A DNA stretch of 64,000 nucleotides from Parcubacteria group bacterium (GCA_041661275.1 JBAZUU010000001.1:229057-293056); one strand, 5' to 3'; numbered from the stretch's first letter, positions 20,201 to 29,224 are shown. Translations and numbers: made by a program. The notes: generated from the sequence alone by a model not told the origin.

Positions 20201-20884
20201 ATTGTCAATTTCCTTTCACTTTCCAGTGAAGAAAAAATAACCGCGTTGGTGGCGTCTGGAAAAGATGACGCCTATAAATATATGTTTATGGCCACGGAAA
20301 ACGGCACAGTGAAAAAAACATCGATCGAAGAATTTGAAAATGTCAGGCGTTCCGGACTCATCGCGATAAAGCTGGAAAAAGGTGACGCGCTTTCCTGGGC
20401 GGAAGCGACATCGGGATCTGACGAGGTAGTCATCACTACGCAAAAAGGACAAGCCATCCGCTTTCGCGAATCCGATGTCCGTCCGATGGGTCGTGCTGCA
20501 GCGGGAGTGCGTGGCATCAAACTAAAAACCGAAGACAAAGTGGTCGGGATGGATGTCGTTTTTAAAGGACAAAAAGGCAATCAGCTTTTGGTCATCGGAG
20601 AAAATGGATATGGAAAAAGATCAGATCTCAAATCATACAAAGTCCAGAAGCGCGGTGGGTCAGGAATCAAGACTGCTTCCATCACAGCCAAGACTGGAAA
20701 ACTGATCGGAGCGCAAGTAGTCAATCTTGATGATATTGAACAAGATCTTATTATGACAAGTGAGAAAGGACAGATCATCCGCATTGAGCTAAAAACCGTC
20801 TCCGTCCTCGGCCGCGCGACGCAAGGTGTCAGGGTTATGCGTCCACAACCCGGCGACAAAGTTTCGGCGATAACGGTTTTGTAA
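17264..20884 (+). CDS. gyrA: DNA gyrase subunit A, interrupted by an intein
   Basis: [23 protein letters not shown] and [12 protein letters not shown], then the intein, then [17 protein letters not shown] and the GyrA beta-pinwheel repeats. The extein totals about 815 aa. Confidence 0.95.
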   Translation: MEKDIKNTSVIQSREITEEISQSYLDYAMSVIVARALPDVRDGLKPVHRRILYSMWNTGLRANAKFRKSATVVGEVLGKYHPHGDVAVYDSMVRMAQDFSLRYPLVRGQGNFGCFTKDTRVKLADGRNLSFEDLIKEDKQGKKNYTYTVNSLGLISIAQIKKPRLTIENAEVIRVVLDNGQKIKCTPNHLFMLKNGQYEEAQNLKKEDSLMPLYEKLSEKTDRLNREGYTLVYQPKKDEWVPVHHLADNFNLTVGKYIKSVGRVRHHSDFNKLNNSPENIVRMNWKEHWSVHYENASLLHKSANYRQKIKEGRDKYWSDSQVREQYAKRLSERNVINWENPEYREKMRLFLSEMNKQYMKDHPEKRQEISERATKTLKRLWKNPEYRAIMHERIIKGNKNHKTNKTGRLKFLNVCKEIIAKNLEINEKNYSQFRKKVYAYGAATLWETGLNKYFQNSPDLIRQEISKNHRIVRIEKIKEKEDVFDLTIDNSHNFCLGAGVFVHNSMDGDSAAAYRYTEAKLSVIAEEMLIDIEKNTVDFVPNFDGQHKEPTVLPAGLPQLLLNGSMGIAVGMATNIPPHNLGELIDGINCLIENPDAEISDLAEFVKGPDFPTGGIIYNKKDILEAYKTGRGKILTRAKAEIVETKAGAFQIIVSEMTYATNKATMIERMADLVHEGKIVGIRDIRDESDKEGVRLVIELKKDAYPQKVLNKLYSLTDLQKNFGVNMLALVGGIEPQILNLKDILEEYIEHRKIVITRRTKYDLEKARDRAHILEGLKIALDHIDAVIETIKKSETKEIAHVNLMKKFKLSDRQATAILEMRLQTLAGLEQKKIEDELAEKLKLIAELEAILKSEKKILGIVKDELARVKEKYGDERKTKIVKGGITEFKQEDLVPNDEAIITISKEGYIKRMDPAVYKVQRRGGKGVIGATTKEGDEISEMLGVMAHDNLLFFTNTGKVFQTKAYEIPASTRIAKGQSIVNFLSLSSEEKITALVASGKDDAYKYMFMATENGTVKKTSIEEFENVRRSGLIAIKLEKGDALSWAEATSGSDEVVITTQKGQAIRFRESDVRPMGRAAAGVRGIKLKTEDKVVGMDVVFKGQKGNQLLVIGENGYGKRSDLKSYKVQKRGGSGIKTASITAKTGKLIGAQVVNLDDIEQDLIMTSEKGQIIRIELKTVSVLGRATQGVRVMRPQPGDKVSAITVL
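17603..18775 (+). mobile_element. GyrA intein (about 391 aa) at the canonical site between GNFG and SMDGD
   Basis: It begins with Cys ([13 protein letters not shown]...), ends ...[12 protein letters not shown] and is followed by Ser. The central domain carries tandem NPEYR(E/A) repeats. I see no LAGLIDADG motif. Confidence 0.85.
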
Positions 20885-21042
20885 AAATAACACAATATAA
20901 AATTTTGCAGGGGCAGACCTTGTGTCTGTCCTTTTTCCGTGTTTAAAAAATGTAGGGAATAAAAATTTTTGTTCCCTACTGTTGGTGTTCATAGGAAAAC
21001 AAAAAAGGAAGCGTCGAATTTTCAAACGCTTCCCTAGGTAAA

Positions 21043-21315
21043 TTAATTGCAACGCTTCCACTCTACGCGATAGTTGTTGATGAACATCCATCCTTCATCC
21101 GGAAGAACGTAAATAATTCTTCCGTCAGTGATGTAGATGTCAGCATCTTCAAGGTCGATTTCGTCTCCGACTTTCAAATTGGGAAAAGAGACATTGATAT
21201 CAAGATATGCTTCGCCGTATTTTGTTGCGACGATAGCGATTATTTTTTTGTCATCTTCGAAGCTGGTAATCTTGCCTGTTAGCGATGCGGGAATTTTTTC
21301 CATTGTTGTCTCCAA
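21043..21315 (-). CDS. hypothetical protein
   Basis: 90 aa ORF, third gene of a same-strand trio. I recognise no family. Confidence 0.4.
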   Translation of the reverse strand: METTMEKIPASLTGKITSFEDDKKIIAIVATKYGEAYLDINVSFPNLKVGDEIDLEDADIYITDGRIIYVLPDEGWMFINNYRVEWKRCN

Positions 21316-21321
21316 AAGATA

Positions 21322-21708
21322 TCAATAGCGATCATCACATCGGACAAAAACGTACGGAGGATCTTCTTCTAGCCGATAAATATAATCTACATCTCTGTCC
21401 GTGGATTCTATTACATCTCGATCTTTTTTTATATAATATAACTCCTTCCAGTCGGACAGTGTCCCTATCGTTGTAAGTTTTGAAGCTTGGAGGTCTTCGA
21501 ACCATCTTTGCATCTTTTTGAGATGCTTAGGCGGTACATTTTCAATGGGATAGTTTGGGTCCGAAAGTGCTAAATATAATCCAATTGACGCTTCCAGGGA
21601 ACCGAAAGAGAACTCACTAAACTCTCCGGCCGCTATCTTTTTCAAGAGATTCTTCGCCTCTTCTACTATAAACTTGTCATATATTCGAAAAAACCCCTTT
21701 TTTGACAT
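21322..21708 (-). CDS. hypothetical protein
   Basis: 128 aa ORF with a 6 nt gap to the downstream ORF. Confidence 0.45.
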   Translation of the reverse strand: MSKKGFFRIYDKFIVEEAKNLLKKIAAGEFSEFSFGSLEASIGLYLALSDPNYPIENVPPKHLKKMQRWFEDLQASKLTTIGTLSDWKELYYIKKDRDVIESTDRDVDYIYRLEEDPPYVFVRCDDRY

Positions 21709-21840
21709 GACTACTCCTTTTTGATGACGGATTTAATTTCAATGAGCTATCATTTCACTTGAATTTTCCTTGAACAATTCAAGAAAAACTCGAGAAAATG
21801 TGGGAAGTTTTGAGGATAAACTTCCCGGAAACCATAGTGG

Positions 21841-22182
21841 TTAGGAAATATAATGTCCTCCGTCATTCAGTCTATTCTCCCACCACCGATCTACTCTTTT
21901 CCTTCTATTTTCATTTAACACCACCCTATCGCCAGAATAGGAATCGAAAACTTGTATTTCCTTCCCAGCATCCAGAAGCGCAAATGCGTTCCGAAGGGCA
22001 TTATTGAAATCATCTCTAAAGCATGCTGAGCAGATTCCACCGAAGATAACTACGGAATTTGATATTAAAGGAAGATCAGTGTAGGGTTCAAGCTTTATTA
22101 CCTCGGTAGCCTTATTTTCCAACTCTTGATCTTTGCGTCCCTCACCAAATGCTTCTCCTTTTACGAATGTGTAATTTATCAT
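21841..22182 (-). CDS. hypothetical protein
   Basis: 113 aa ORF. An inverted CCCTCTCC-family repeat lies about 236 nt upstream and is oriented toward it. Confidence 0.45.
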   Translation of the reverse strand: MINYTFVKGEAFGEGRKDQELENKATEVIKLEPYTDLPLISNSVVIFGGICSACFRDDFNNALRNAFALLDAGKEIQVFDSYSGDRVVLNENRRKRVDRWWENRLNDGGHYIS

Positions 22183-22417
22183 TTCCTACTCCTTGTGAAA
22201 TCAGGGCAATTATTTATATGAACTTTTTTAAGATTCCAGCTCCCCTTTGGAACTTTCATCTTAACTGTCTATTATACTCCCGAACGGCCAAAATGTCAAA
22301 GATGGACGTCAAGTAAATGGGGTAAAATATAATAAAATGGCTTAAACAAGCCACAAGAATATTGAAAAGTACATACAATGTTGACGGATAGTGCCGACAT
22401 ATGGTAGAATAGAGGTA

Positions 22418-22467
22418 TCCTCCTCTCCCTTTGGGAGAGGATGCCGAGTCTTCGAGGCAGGAGAGGG
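22418..22467 (-). repeat. CCCTCTCC/GGGAGAGGAGGA structured repeat, copy 2 (reverse orientation, degenerate inner hairpin)
   Basis: On the plus strand it reads TCCTCCTCTCCCTTTGGGAGAGGATGCC...GCAGGAGAGGG. Confidence 0.7.
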
Positions 22468-22498
22468 CTCTTAATTAAAATCGTTAATCTAACGAAGA

Positions 22499-22554
22499 GC
22501 CCTCTCTGTCACGATAAGAATCGCGACATCTCTCCCAAAGGGAGAGAGGGAGGA
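22499..22554 (+). repeat. CCCTCTCC structured repeat, copy 3, ending 6 nt before the TrmB-paralog ATG
   Basis: GCCCTCTCTGTC-ACGATAAGAATCGC-GACATCTCTCCCAAAGGGAGAGAGGGAGGA. The GGAGG serves as the Shine-Dalgarno sequence. Confidence 0.8.
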
Positions 22555-22559
22555 ATTTT

Positions 22560-23306
22560 ATGGACACGAAACTTACCCTCGAACAATTTGGCCTGCATGG
22601 CAGAAAGGCAGATGTGTATCTGGCGGCTTTGGAATTGGGTGGAGCCAGTGTCATTGATATTTCCCGAAAAGCCAATACTAAAAGAACAACGGTATATGAC
22701 ATACTGCTCGATCTTAAAAATGACGGACTAATATCCGAAACAATGAAAGGCGCGAAGAGACTTTTTATCGGTGAAGATCCGGAAAAGATAAAAAAAGATC
22801 TGGAAAAAAAGGAAGCTTTGTTTTCGGAAATCCTTCCCCAGTTGAAATCCATATACAACGTCAAAGGAATGAAACCGAAGATAAAATTCTATGAAGGGAA
22901 AGAAGGACTCATCGAAGCTTATGATGACGCGCTAAAATATTCCGGAGAAGTTTTGGCGTTTGGATCGGAAGATGTATTAAATGTCTTGGGCCAGGATTGG
23001 GCTGAGCAATATATAAAAAGAAGAGTGAAAAAAAATATCAGGATTCGCGCTATCCTGCCAGAAACAAAACAACTAACGGAAAATATCGTGGCGAGAGATC
23101 AGGAACATTTGCGCGCGTGTAAATTAATCAAAAAAGAAAAATATCCTTTTTCAGTGGAAGTGGATATTTATGGGCATCAAAAAGTAGCGCTCATTTCCTG
23201 CAAAGAACAAATGGCAGTGATAATAGAAAGCGCGGAGATAAATAATACGATGAAATGGATTTTTGAAATGTGTTGGGACAATTTACCGGAGATAAAGATA
23301 AAATAA
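22560..23306 (+). CDS. TrmB-family transcriptional regulator (second paralog)
   Basis: ADVYLAALELGGASVIDISRKANTKRTTVYDILLDLKNDGL has the same architecture as the ORF at 1195-1920. Confidence 0.7.
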   Translation: MDTKLTLEQFGLHGRKADVYLAALELGGASVIDISRKANTKRTTVYDILLDLKNDGLISETMKGAKRLFIGEDPEKIKKDLEKKEALFSEILPQLKSIYNVKGMKPKIKFYEGKEGLIEAYDDALKYSGEVLAFGSEDVLNVLGQDWAEQYIKRRVKKNIRIRAILPETKQLTENIVARDQEHLRACKLIKKEKYPFSVEVDIYGHQKVALISCKEQMAVIIESAEINNTMKWIFEMCWDNLPEIKIK

Positions 23307-23345
23307 TAATGTTGTTTTTTTCGGGGAATATTGTAATATAGTAGT

Positions 23346-23524
23346 ATGAGTAACAAAAAATTAACCACAATCTTAAGAAAATATCAAAAATCCCCTCGTA
23401 AAAAGGGCACTTTTTCTGCATTTGAAAAGAAGATGCTATACAGGACAACCAAGACCGAAAATCCTCAAACAAGTATGTCTATGGTGGAAAAAGTGCTTAA
23501 AATGTTTTCAGCTAAAACTTCATG
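23346..23524 (+). CDS. small ORF (59 aa) overlapping the Fic start by ATGA; possible Fic-associated antitoxin-like partner
   Basis: Translated by eye (MSNKKLTTILRKYQKSPRKKGTFSAFEKKMLYRTTKTENPQTSMSMVEKVLKMFSAKTS). It is below the track cutoff and speculative. Confidence 0.3.
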
Positions 23525-24142
23525 AAAAGAAAAATTGGAGAGACGAGTTATAAACAAACCGCTTTCGGAATAATCCCGCGTTCAAAATTGATCCTTCTGG
23601 AAATAGAAGGAACTAAACGAGCGTGGGATTTTATTTTGCATCAAGGATCCAAAAGAAAAATTCCAATTACTGTTGAGTTTATAAAAAAATTGCACAATGT
23701 TGGTTTTGGTTGGATATTTCCGAAATTTGGTGGCAACTTCAGAAAAATTAATGTGCAAGTTTCCAATCATAAACCGCCGCAATTTTATCTGATAGACCAA
23801 CTCATGGCAAACTTTACGAAAGATTTAGAAGCCAGATTGAAATATTTGCCCAAAATCGAAAAATATAATTTTCTTCCAGAACTCATTTCCCTTCTCTCCT
23901 GGTCGCATCATCGTTTTTTATGGATTCATCCATTTGCCGATTATAACGGACGTATTGCTAGACTGCTCACAAATATTATTCTTCTAAATCTCAACCTTCC
24001 TCCGATCGAACTCAAAATCGAAACAAAGGCGGGAAGATTAAAATACATAAACGCATTACACTTGGCTGACCAGGGAAATTGTGTAAAGCTGGAAAAAATA
24101 ATCAGAGAGGCAATAGAAGAATCAGCGAAAGAATTGAACTAA
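23522..24142 (+). CDS. Fic/Doc-family protein (Fido domain)
   Basis: HPFADYNGRIARLL matches the Fic motif HPFx(D/E)GNGRxxR, with G replaced by Y. Confidence 0.8.
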   Translation: MKRKIGETSYKQTAFGIIPRSKLILLEIEGTKRAWDFILHQGSKRKIPITVEFIKKLHNVGFGWIFPKFGGNFRKINVQVSNHKPPQFYLIDQLMANFTKDLEARLKYLPKIEKYNFLPELISLLSWSHHRFLWIHPFADYNGRIARLLTNIILLNLNLPPIELKIETKAGRLKYINALHLADQGNCVKLEKIIREAIEESAKELN

Positions 24143-24162
24143 GCGCAACATTTTTCTATAAA

Positions 24163-24194
24163 CAAAAAAGACGGATCGATACCCGTCTTTTTTA
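24163..24194. terminator. bidirectional intrinsic terminator (fic / O-antigen-ligase-family gene)
   Basis: AAAAAAGACGG-ATCGATAC-CCGTCTTTTTT. Confidence 0.7.
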
Positions 24195-24227
24195 ATTTTA
24201 CATACAACTTTATAAAGTTTGTCAAAT

Positions 24228-25802
24228 TTAAGAATCTTTATAAAGTTTCATCCCGGCAATAAATCCCAAAATAATCCACAACATCAGACTCCCCTGCTGG
24301 ATATCCCAGAAATAGTGGTCAAAGAGCATTATGAAGATGAAACCCAGGAGAATGCCTTTGAAATAGCGAAGAGAGATATCTATTGACAAATAGGTATTAT
24401 CGTTGCTTAATATAGGTTTAGCAGTAAATACCTTGTATAACCAGTATATAAATAGCCCAAGGCCTATAATCCCCAATTCACTCCAAATCAAAAGGAAGAC
24501 ATTATGAACCGGTTGGAACTGCCAGACTTCTAGTGGAACAAGGGCGTACCTTTGCATGTTCCACACAAATTGCCCTATTCCCACTCCCAGGACGGGATTG
24601 GCCAGAATTGTTCCACGTGAAACATTTAGGTAGGTCAGGCGCTCCTGAAAAGACTGCTCTAAATTTCGGTCCAAATCCTGGTTGGCCAAAAGGCCAAGGG
24701 ATATAATTATCAATATTGAGAGTATAGCAATGCGTAATCGAGAATTGTTCCACCCCGTAACGACTTCAGATGTTCCACGTGGAACATATATGTATAGCAA
24801 AGCTACGAATAATCCCAAAATGGCAGATTTAGAGAACGACAAAATTAGAGCGAAAACCTGTAAGGCTAAAACGGCGTATAGGATTACTTGGAGTAATCTA
24901 ACATATCCGACTAGGATTGTTCCACCCCGAAGGAATTCAAATTGTTCCACGCCCGCCTCGCGTCGACGAGTCTCCGCGAGTCGAGGCGGGTGGAACAATT
25001 TAAGATAAAGGAGGGTCAAGATGATTGATAGTAGTAAATATCCTCCCAGGATATTGGGATGAGGGAAGAGTCCATAGGCTCGGATATAACGTTCCCCGCC
25101 CGCCTCGCCGAAGACGGCAAGTCGAGGCAGGTGGAACACTATTTTGGCCACTCCGGGGATGTTTGGGGCTATCATACTTTCGCCCAAAACTGACAAGCCA
25201 ATTGAGCGCTGGATCAAAACCTGTATTATTCCTATAGCGGATTGGATAAAACCGACCAGTATGATAATAAGTGAGAAGATGTTCCACGTGGAACAATTTA
25301 GTGTTGTTGATGTCTTGTTGGATGTAGAATGTTCCACGTGGAACATTCGTGGTACGAAGCGGAATATTATAAACAGATATAAAAGATAAAACTCCAATAA
25401 CTTGGCAGATCTAAAAAAGGCAATGGTATGGTTGTCCGACCATAAAATTGACAAAAATGACCAAATGACCAAAAGGAGCGGAAGGGACAAATAAAGAGAT
25501 TTTAAAAATCGTCTTGACGTGGGGGATAACTTGTGTTTTAACCAAGTTATCCACAGTCTATACATTGACGAATAATCTTTTGTGTTGTATAATATAGTAA
25601 ACAACCATAAAACTATGGTTACCCCTAGTAAGATATCGGATATATAAACATATATCCCAGCGTACTCATTGAATGTTCCTTGAAATGGGAAGTATAATAT
25701 TACTTTTCTTAACGTTAAGGAAAAACTAAATAAAAACAAAAAGAAAAGCCAAATATCCGGTTGTATTTTTATGTTTTCCCAAATTTTTCTTATTTTTTCC
25801 AT
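24228..25802 (-). CDS. O-antigen ligase family (Wzy_C) polytopic membrane protein carrying multiple in-frame palindromic-repeat insertions
   Basis: The hallmark ILSFSKSAILGLFVALL segment and about 10 TM helices are present. The ORF stays open across roughly 600 bp of nested palindromes. Confidence 0.65.
   Translation of the reverse strand: MEKIRKIWENIKIQPDIWLFFLFLFSFSLTLRKVILYFPFQGTFNEYAGIYVYISDILLGVTIVLWLFTILYNTKDYSSMYRLWITWLKHKLSPTSRRFLKSLYLSLPLLLVIWSFLSILWSDNHTIAFFRSAKLLEFYLLYLFIIFRFVPRMFHVEHSTSNKTSTTLNCSTWNIFSLIIILVGFIQSAIGIIQVLIQRSIGLSVLGESMIAPNIPGVAKIVFHLPRLAVFGEAGGERYIRAYGLFPHPNILGGYLLLSIILTLLYLKLFHPPRLAETRRREAGVEQFEFLRGGTILVGYVRLLQVILYAVLALQVFALILSFSKSAILGLFVALLYIYVPRGTSEVVTGWNNSRLRIAILSILIIISLGLLANQDLDRNLEQSFQERLTYLNVSRGTILANPVLGVGIGQFVWNMQRYALVPLEVWQFQPVHNVFLLIWSELGIIGLGLFIYWLYKVFTAKPILSNDNTYLSIDISLRYFKGILLGFIFIMLFDHYFWDIQQGSLMLWIILGFIAGMKLYKDS
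24745..25347. repeat. nested MITE/RPE-like palindromic elements (TTGTTCCAC ... GTGGAACAA; core TGTTCCACGTGGAACA; GC-rich inner hairpins CGCCCGCCTCG...CGAGGCGGG)
   Basis: Copies at 24746-24786, 24916-24999, 25090-25139, 25279-25298 and 25328-25347, read directly. All lie inside the 24228-25802 ORF. Confidence 0.75.
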
Positions 25803-25931
25803 ATATAGTTGCTTCTATTATACAAGCCACTCGAATAAAAACAAATGTTATGCTAGACTGGACAAAGCTCATTAAATTAAAAATCAAATAACAACTCAAT
25901 CTTAAACATTACACAGAAAGGATTTGTAAAA

Positions 25932-26999
25932 ATGGCCGCTACCTTTAAGGAAATGCTAGAGGAATTGTCATCGCGTATTGTCCAGGGCGGAATGGGTGTA
26001 AGAATTTCCCTTTCCGGCTTGGCATCTGCGGTAATGGCAGAAGGCGGCCTGGGAGTTATTTCTTTGGCTGCTATTGGAATGGGCGAACCTAACTTTGCCA
26101 AGAAATATTTCGAAGCCAACATCTCAGCTGCAAAGGAAGAAATAAGAAAGGCTCGAGAGATGGCCAAGGGAATCCTTGGTGTTAACATCATGGTGGCTCT
26201 AAGTGATTTTGCCAGTATGGTGGAGATAGCCATAAAGGAAAGGGTGGACGTGATTTTTTCCGGAGCAGGACTTCCTCTTGATCTGCCGAGATTTCTTACT
26301 GATGGGTCTCTGACAAAATTGGTTCCCATTATCTCATCAGGAAAGGCAGCCAGAGTCTTGTGCAAAAAATGGCTCAAAGAGTTTAATTATCTTCCTGACG
26401 GATTTGTTGTTGAAGGTCCGAAGGCTGGTGGGCATCTAGGATTTTCCCAAGATGAAATTGATAATCCAAACTTTGCCTTGGAAAAGCTCGTAACCGATGT
26501 TGTTCAGGAAATTTATCCATTTGAGAAGGAATGCAAAAAAGAAATTGCTGTCATTCCAGCTGGAGGAATCTGGAGCGGGAAGGACGTAGAAAAATTTTTG
26601 TGTCTCGGATTTCCTGCAGTGCAGATGGCCACGCGATTTGTGGCTACAGACGAATGTGATGCAGCTCTTCCTTTCAAACAATCCTATGTTGATTCTAAGG
26701 AGGGAAGTACCTGCATTATAAAAAGCCCAGTCGGAATGCCAGGAAGGGCGATACGGAATAAGTTTATTCAGGATACGGAAGAAGGAGGAAAGAAACCGGA
26801 CAGATGCTTTTGCCACTGCATCAAGACATGCGATCCAAAAAAGGCGCCTTATTGCATTTCAAAAGCATTGCAAAACGCTCAAAAGGGCGACCTTGATGAG
26901 GGATTTGCTTTTGCTGGCGCGAATGTACATCAGGTGGAAAAAATAGTTCCAGTTCGCGAGCTTATGGAGGCTATCCAAAAAGAACGCCAAGAAGATTAG
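25932..26999 (+). CDS. nitronate monooxygenase / NPD-family FMN oxidoreductase (FabK-like)
   Basis: IVQGGMGVRISLSGLASAVMAEGGLGVI and a TIM-barrel FMN-binding pattern. Confidence 0.75.
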   Translation: MAATFKEMLEELSSRIVQGGMGVRISLSGLASAVMAEGGLGVISLAAIGMGEPNFAKKYFEANISAAKEEIRKAREMAKGILGVNIMVALSDFASMVEIAIKERVDVIFSGAGLPLDLPRFLTDGSLTKLVPIISSGKAARVLCKKWLKEFNYLPDGFVVEGPKAGGHLGFSQDEIDNPNFALEKLVTDVVQEIYPFEKECKKEIAVIPAGGIWSGKDVEKFLCLGFPAVQMATRFVATDECDAALPFKQSYVDSKEGSTCIIKSPVGMPGRAIRNKFIQDTEEGGKKPDRCFCHCIKTCDPKKAPYCISKALQNAQKGDLDEGFAFAGANVHQVEKIVPVRELMEAIQKERQED

Positions 27000-27113
27000 A
27001 ATGTATAATGCATACCAACTAGCCCGTCGGGTAACATTCCGGCGGGCTCGGTTTTTATTGACCTACATTATTTTAGTTGGTATGATAAAATGTATTGTAT
27101 AATAAGAATAAAT

Positions 27114-27186
27114 GGGCCATTAGCTCATCTGGTAGAGCGCATCCATGGCATGGATGAGGTGACCGGTTCGATCCCGGTATGGTCCA
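27114..27186 (+). tRNA. tRNA-Ala(GGC)
   Basis: GGGCCAT-TA-GCTCATCTGGTAGAGC-G-CATCC-ATGGCAT-GGATG...ATGGTCC-A, with the G3:U70 alanine identity pair. A TATAAT-like box lies about 12 nt upstream. Confidence 0.85.
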
Positions 27187-27228
27187 CGATTTTGTTAGTC
27201 AATTTGCTCAGCTTGTCCCCCACCACTT

Positions 27229-27302
<74 letters not shown>

Positions 27303-27323
27303 CCCAAGTGGTGGGGGATAAAG

Positions 27324-27378
27324 TTAGAGCGCTCCGTTCACATCGGAGAGGTCTCTGGTTCGAGTCCAGATACACCCA
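27324..27378 (+). ncRNA. tRNA-Val(CAC)-like 3' fragment (D-stem 3' strand through acceptor 3' strand) lacking a recognisable 5' half
   Basis: TTAGAGCG-CTCCG-TTCACAT-CGGAG-AGGTC-TCTGG-TTCGAGT-CCAGA-TACACCC-A. Relative to the upstream tRNA-Val it shows compensatory changes in the anticodon and T stems. Confidence 0.5.
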
Positions 27379-27394
27379 CTATAAAATTTATAAA

Positions 27395-27910
27395 ATGGAA
27401 AAAGTAATTTTAGTTGATGAGAAAGATAATTCTGTCGGCGAGGCGGAAAAATTAGAAGCACATAAGAAAGGACTTCTTCATCGGGCATTTTCTATTTTTA
27501 TTTTTAATTCAAAAGGAGAATTGTTATTACAAAAAAGGGCGAAAGCAAAGTATCATTCTGGAGGGTTGTGGTCTAATACTTGCTGTTCTCATCCAGCGCC
27601 GAAAAAAAATATTTTAGACGAAGCGCATAGGAGATTAAAAGAAGAGATGGGAATTGATTGTGAACTCAAAGAAATATATACATTTATATATAAGGCAAAA
27701 TTGAACAATGATCTGACGGAATATGAATATGATCATGTCTTTGCCGGAAGATACGATGAAAATCCAAAGCCTAATTCAGACGAAGTGGAGGATTGGAAAT
27801 GGGTCAATTTAGATTGGTTGGCCGAAGACATAAAAAATAATCCGCAAAATTATACATATTGGCTGAAGGATTGTTATAGGGATGTGGTGGAGAAAATAAG
27901 GGGCTTGTAG
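27395..27910 (+). CDS. idi: isopentenyl-diphosphate delta-isomerase, type 1 (Nudix)
   Basis: HRAFSIFIFNSKGELLLQKRAKAKYHSGGLWSNTCCSHP includes the NTCCSHP signature. The track start at 27308 lies inside the tRNA-like sequence, so the Met at 27395 is the likelier start. Confidence 0.85.
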   Translation: MEKVILVDEKDNSVGEAEKLEAHKKGLLHRAFSIFIFNSKGELLLQKRAKAKYHSGGLWSNTCCSHPAPKKNILDEAHRRLKEEMGIDCELKEIYTFIYKAKLNNDLTEYEYDHVFAGRYDENPKPNSDEVEDWKWVNLDWLAEDIKNNPQNYTYWLKDCYRDVVEKIRGL

Positions 27911-27973
27911 CTCATCTGGTAGAGCGCCGCATTCGCATTGCGGAGGTAAGGAGTTCGAGTCTCCTCAAGTCCA
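27901..27973 (+). tRNA. tRNA-Ala(CGC)
   Basis: GGGCTTG-TA-GCTCATCTGGTAGAGC-G-CCGCA-TTCGCAT-TGCGG...CAAGTCC-A with G3:U70. It overlaps the idi stop codon. Confidence 0.85.
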
Positions 27974-27987
27974 CAAAAAATAATAAG

Positions 27988-28539
27988 ATGAGTAAAAAAA
28001 TAATTTTCATTCCAGGGTGGTTAGATCAGGGAATAAACTTTCCCCAATATGAGACGCTGGAAATTTGGAAAGAGAATATAAAGCCAGATGTGAAATTAGA
28101 TTGCGATGTCATCATCGCTCATAGCCTCGGTTGTCATTTTGCTCTTTTCGATTGGGAAAACGCGAAAGATAAAAAAATAGTTTTTGTGAACCCACTAGTG
28201 AGCAACCGAAATGTTTTTTCCTGGTTCTGGCGGTGGGTGAAATTTAGAATGGGAGAGACGCAATCCGTTCAGAGGAAATATATAATAAGTCCAAGACGGG
28301 TAGCCAGAGGAGTTTTCTATTATTTCAAATTTCTCATGCCAGATGCATTTTCTCGATTGGATAATATGACCGATCATAATATGATTGTCATCAGAGGTAA
28401 AAAAGATTTATATTTTTGCGATGAAGAATCATGCGTATTGTTAAAAGAGAAAAAAATTGAAGTTATAGAATTGGATGAAGTAGGGCATCTTTGGAATAGC
28501 AAAATTGATGAAGAGATTAGAAGAATAATTGGTGAGTAA
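27988..28539 (+). CDS. alpha/beta-hydrolase-fold serine hydrolase (YdeN-like)
   Basis: Nucleophile elbow AHSLGC and a C-terminal Asp/His region. Confidence 0.55.
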   Translation: MSKKIIFIPGWLDQGINFPQYETLEIWKENIKPDVKLDCDVIIAHSLGCHFALFDWENAKDKKIVFVNPLVSNRNVFSWFWRWVKFRMGETQSVQRKYIISPRRVARGVFYYFKFLMPDAFSRLDNMTDHNMIVIRGKKDLYFCDEESCVLLKEKKIEVIELDEVGHLWNSKIDEEIRRIIGE

Positions 28540-28542
28540 TTA

Positions 28543-28615
28543 GCGCTTGTAGCTCAGTGGATAGAGCGCCGCCGTCCTAAGGCGGGCGTCGCAGGTTCGA
28601 TTCCTGCCAAGCGCA
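28543..28615 (+). tRNA. tRNA-Arg(CCT)
   Basis: GCGCTTG-TA-GCTCAGTGGATAGAGC-G-CCGCC-GTCCTAA-GGCGG...CAAGCGC-A. Confidence 0.8.
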
Positions 28616-28632
28616 CGGTAAAATAAAAAAAC

Positions 28633-28658
28633 ATTCCTGTTGGCAGGGATGTTTTTTG
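28633..28658 (+). terminator. intrinsic terminator after the tRNA/hydrolase cluster
   Basis: CATTCCTG-TTGG-CAGGGATG followed by TTTTTT. Confidence 0.75.
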
Positions 28659-28667
28659 AAAGATAAT

Positions 28668-29111
28668 TTATTTTATTTTCTTCAACTCTTTTCGCAACTG
28701 ATTGGCGTGGAGTTCGGTGTCTTTGTTTAATCTTTCCATAACTTTTTTCACAGTAATGTTGGTCGGAATGAACATATCAAAACACTTTTTTTCAAGCATT
28801 GATTGTTCAATGCGAAGAGCAATATTTATCGCATCTGCATGAGATAGTTTGGCTTTTTTAGCTTCCTCTATTTTTTCTTCCACATATCCGCTGACATAAC
28901 TCACTACACCCCTGGTGAACTTATTTTCTTTGAACAATTCTTTTTCCTTGGCAAAATTTTTGGCAATCTCTTTGGCGTGGATCACTTCTTCATCAGAAAT
29001 CTTTTTCCAGAAAGCCTTTTTGGCAGGAATCTTTTGAGAGTAGAGATTATATAAAATACTTATCTTCAATTCATTGTCTTCAAAAAGATCTATGATGGAG
29101 CGTTCTTTCAT
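28668..29111 (-). CDS. hypothetical protein (helical, possibly ferritin-like)
   Basis: 147 aa ORF. I have no confident family assignment. Confidence 0.45.
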   Translation of the reverse strand: MKERSIIDLFEDNELKISILYNLYSQKIPAKKAFWKKISDEEVIHAKEIAKNFAKEKELFKENKFTRGVVSYVSGYVEEKIEEAKKAKLSHADAINIALRIEQSMLEKKCFDMFIPTNITVKKVMERLNKDTELHANQLRKELKKIK

Positions 29112-29224
29112 GGTTTTAGTTTAGGTTATTACTACTGAAATTATAATAGGTTTTTGGGAAATAAAAAAGCCTCAGGTTGAGAGAAGTAATATGCAAGAAA
29201 TGCATAGTGCGATTAAAACGAATC

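Noticed and set aside
22441-22864. Two overlapping track ORFs (96 aa plus-strand, 126 aa minus-strand)
   Set aside because: Both are composed of the CCCTCTCC repeat copies and the 5' end of the TrmB paralog, so they are frame artefacts of the repeats.
25877-26377. 166 aa minus-strand ORF
   Set aside because: It is antisense to the well-supported nitronate-monooxygenase gene and has biased, repetitive composition, so it is likely spurious.
27187-27228. Candidate 5' half for the tRNA-Val-like fragment (TTTGCTCAGCTTG resembles a D-arm)
   Set aside because: The upstream 7 nt cannot pair with the fragment's acceptor 3' strand (TACACCC), so I could not reconstruct a nested or split tRNA convincingly. 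The observation is kept only as a note in the related finding.
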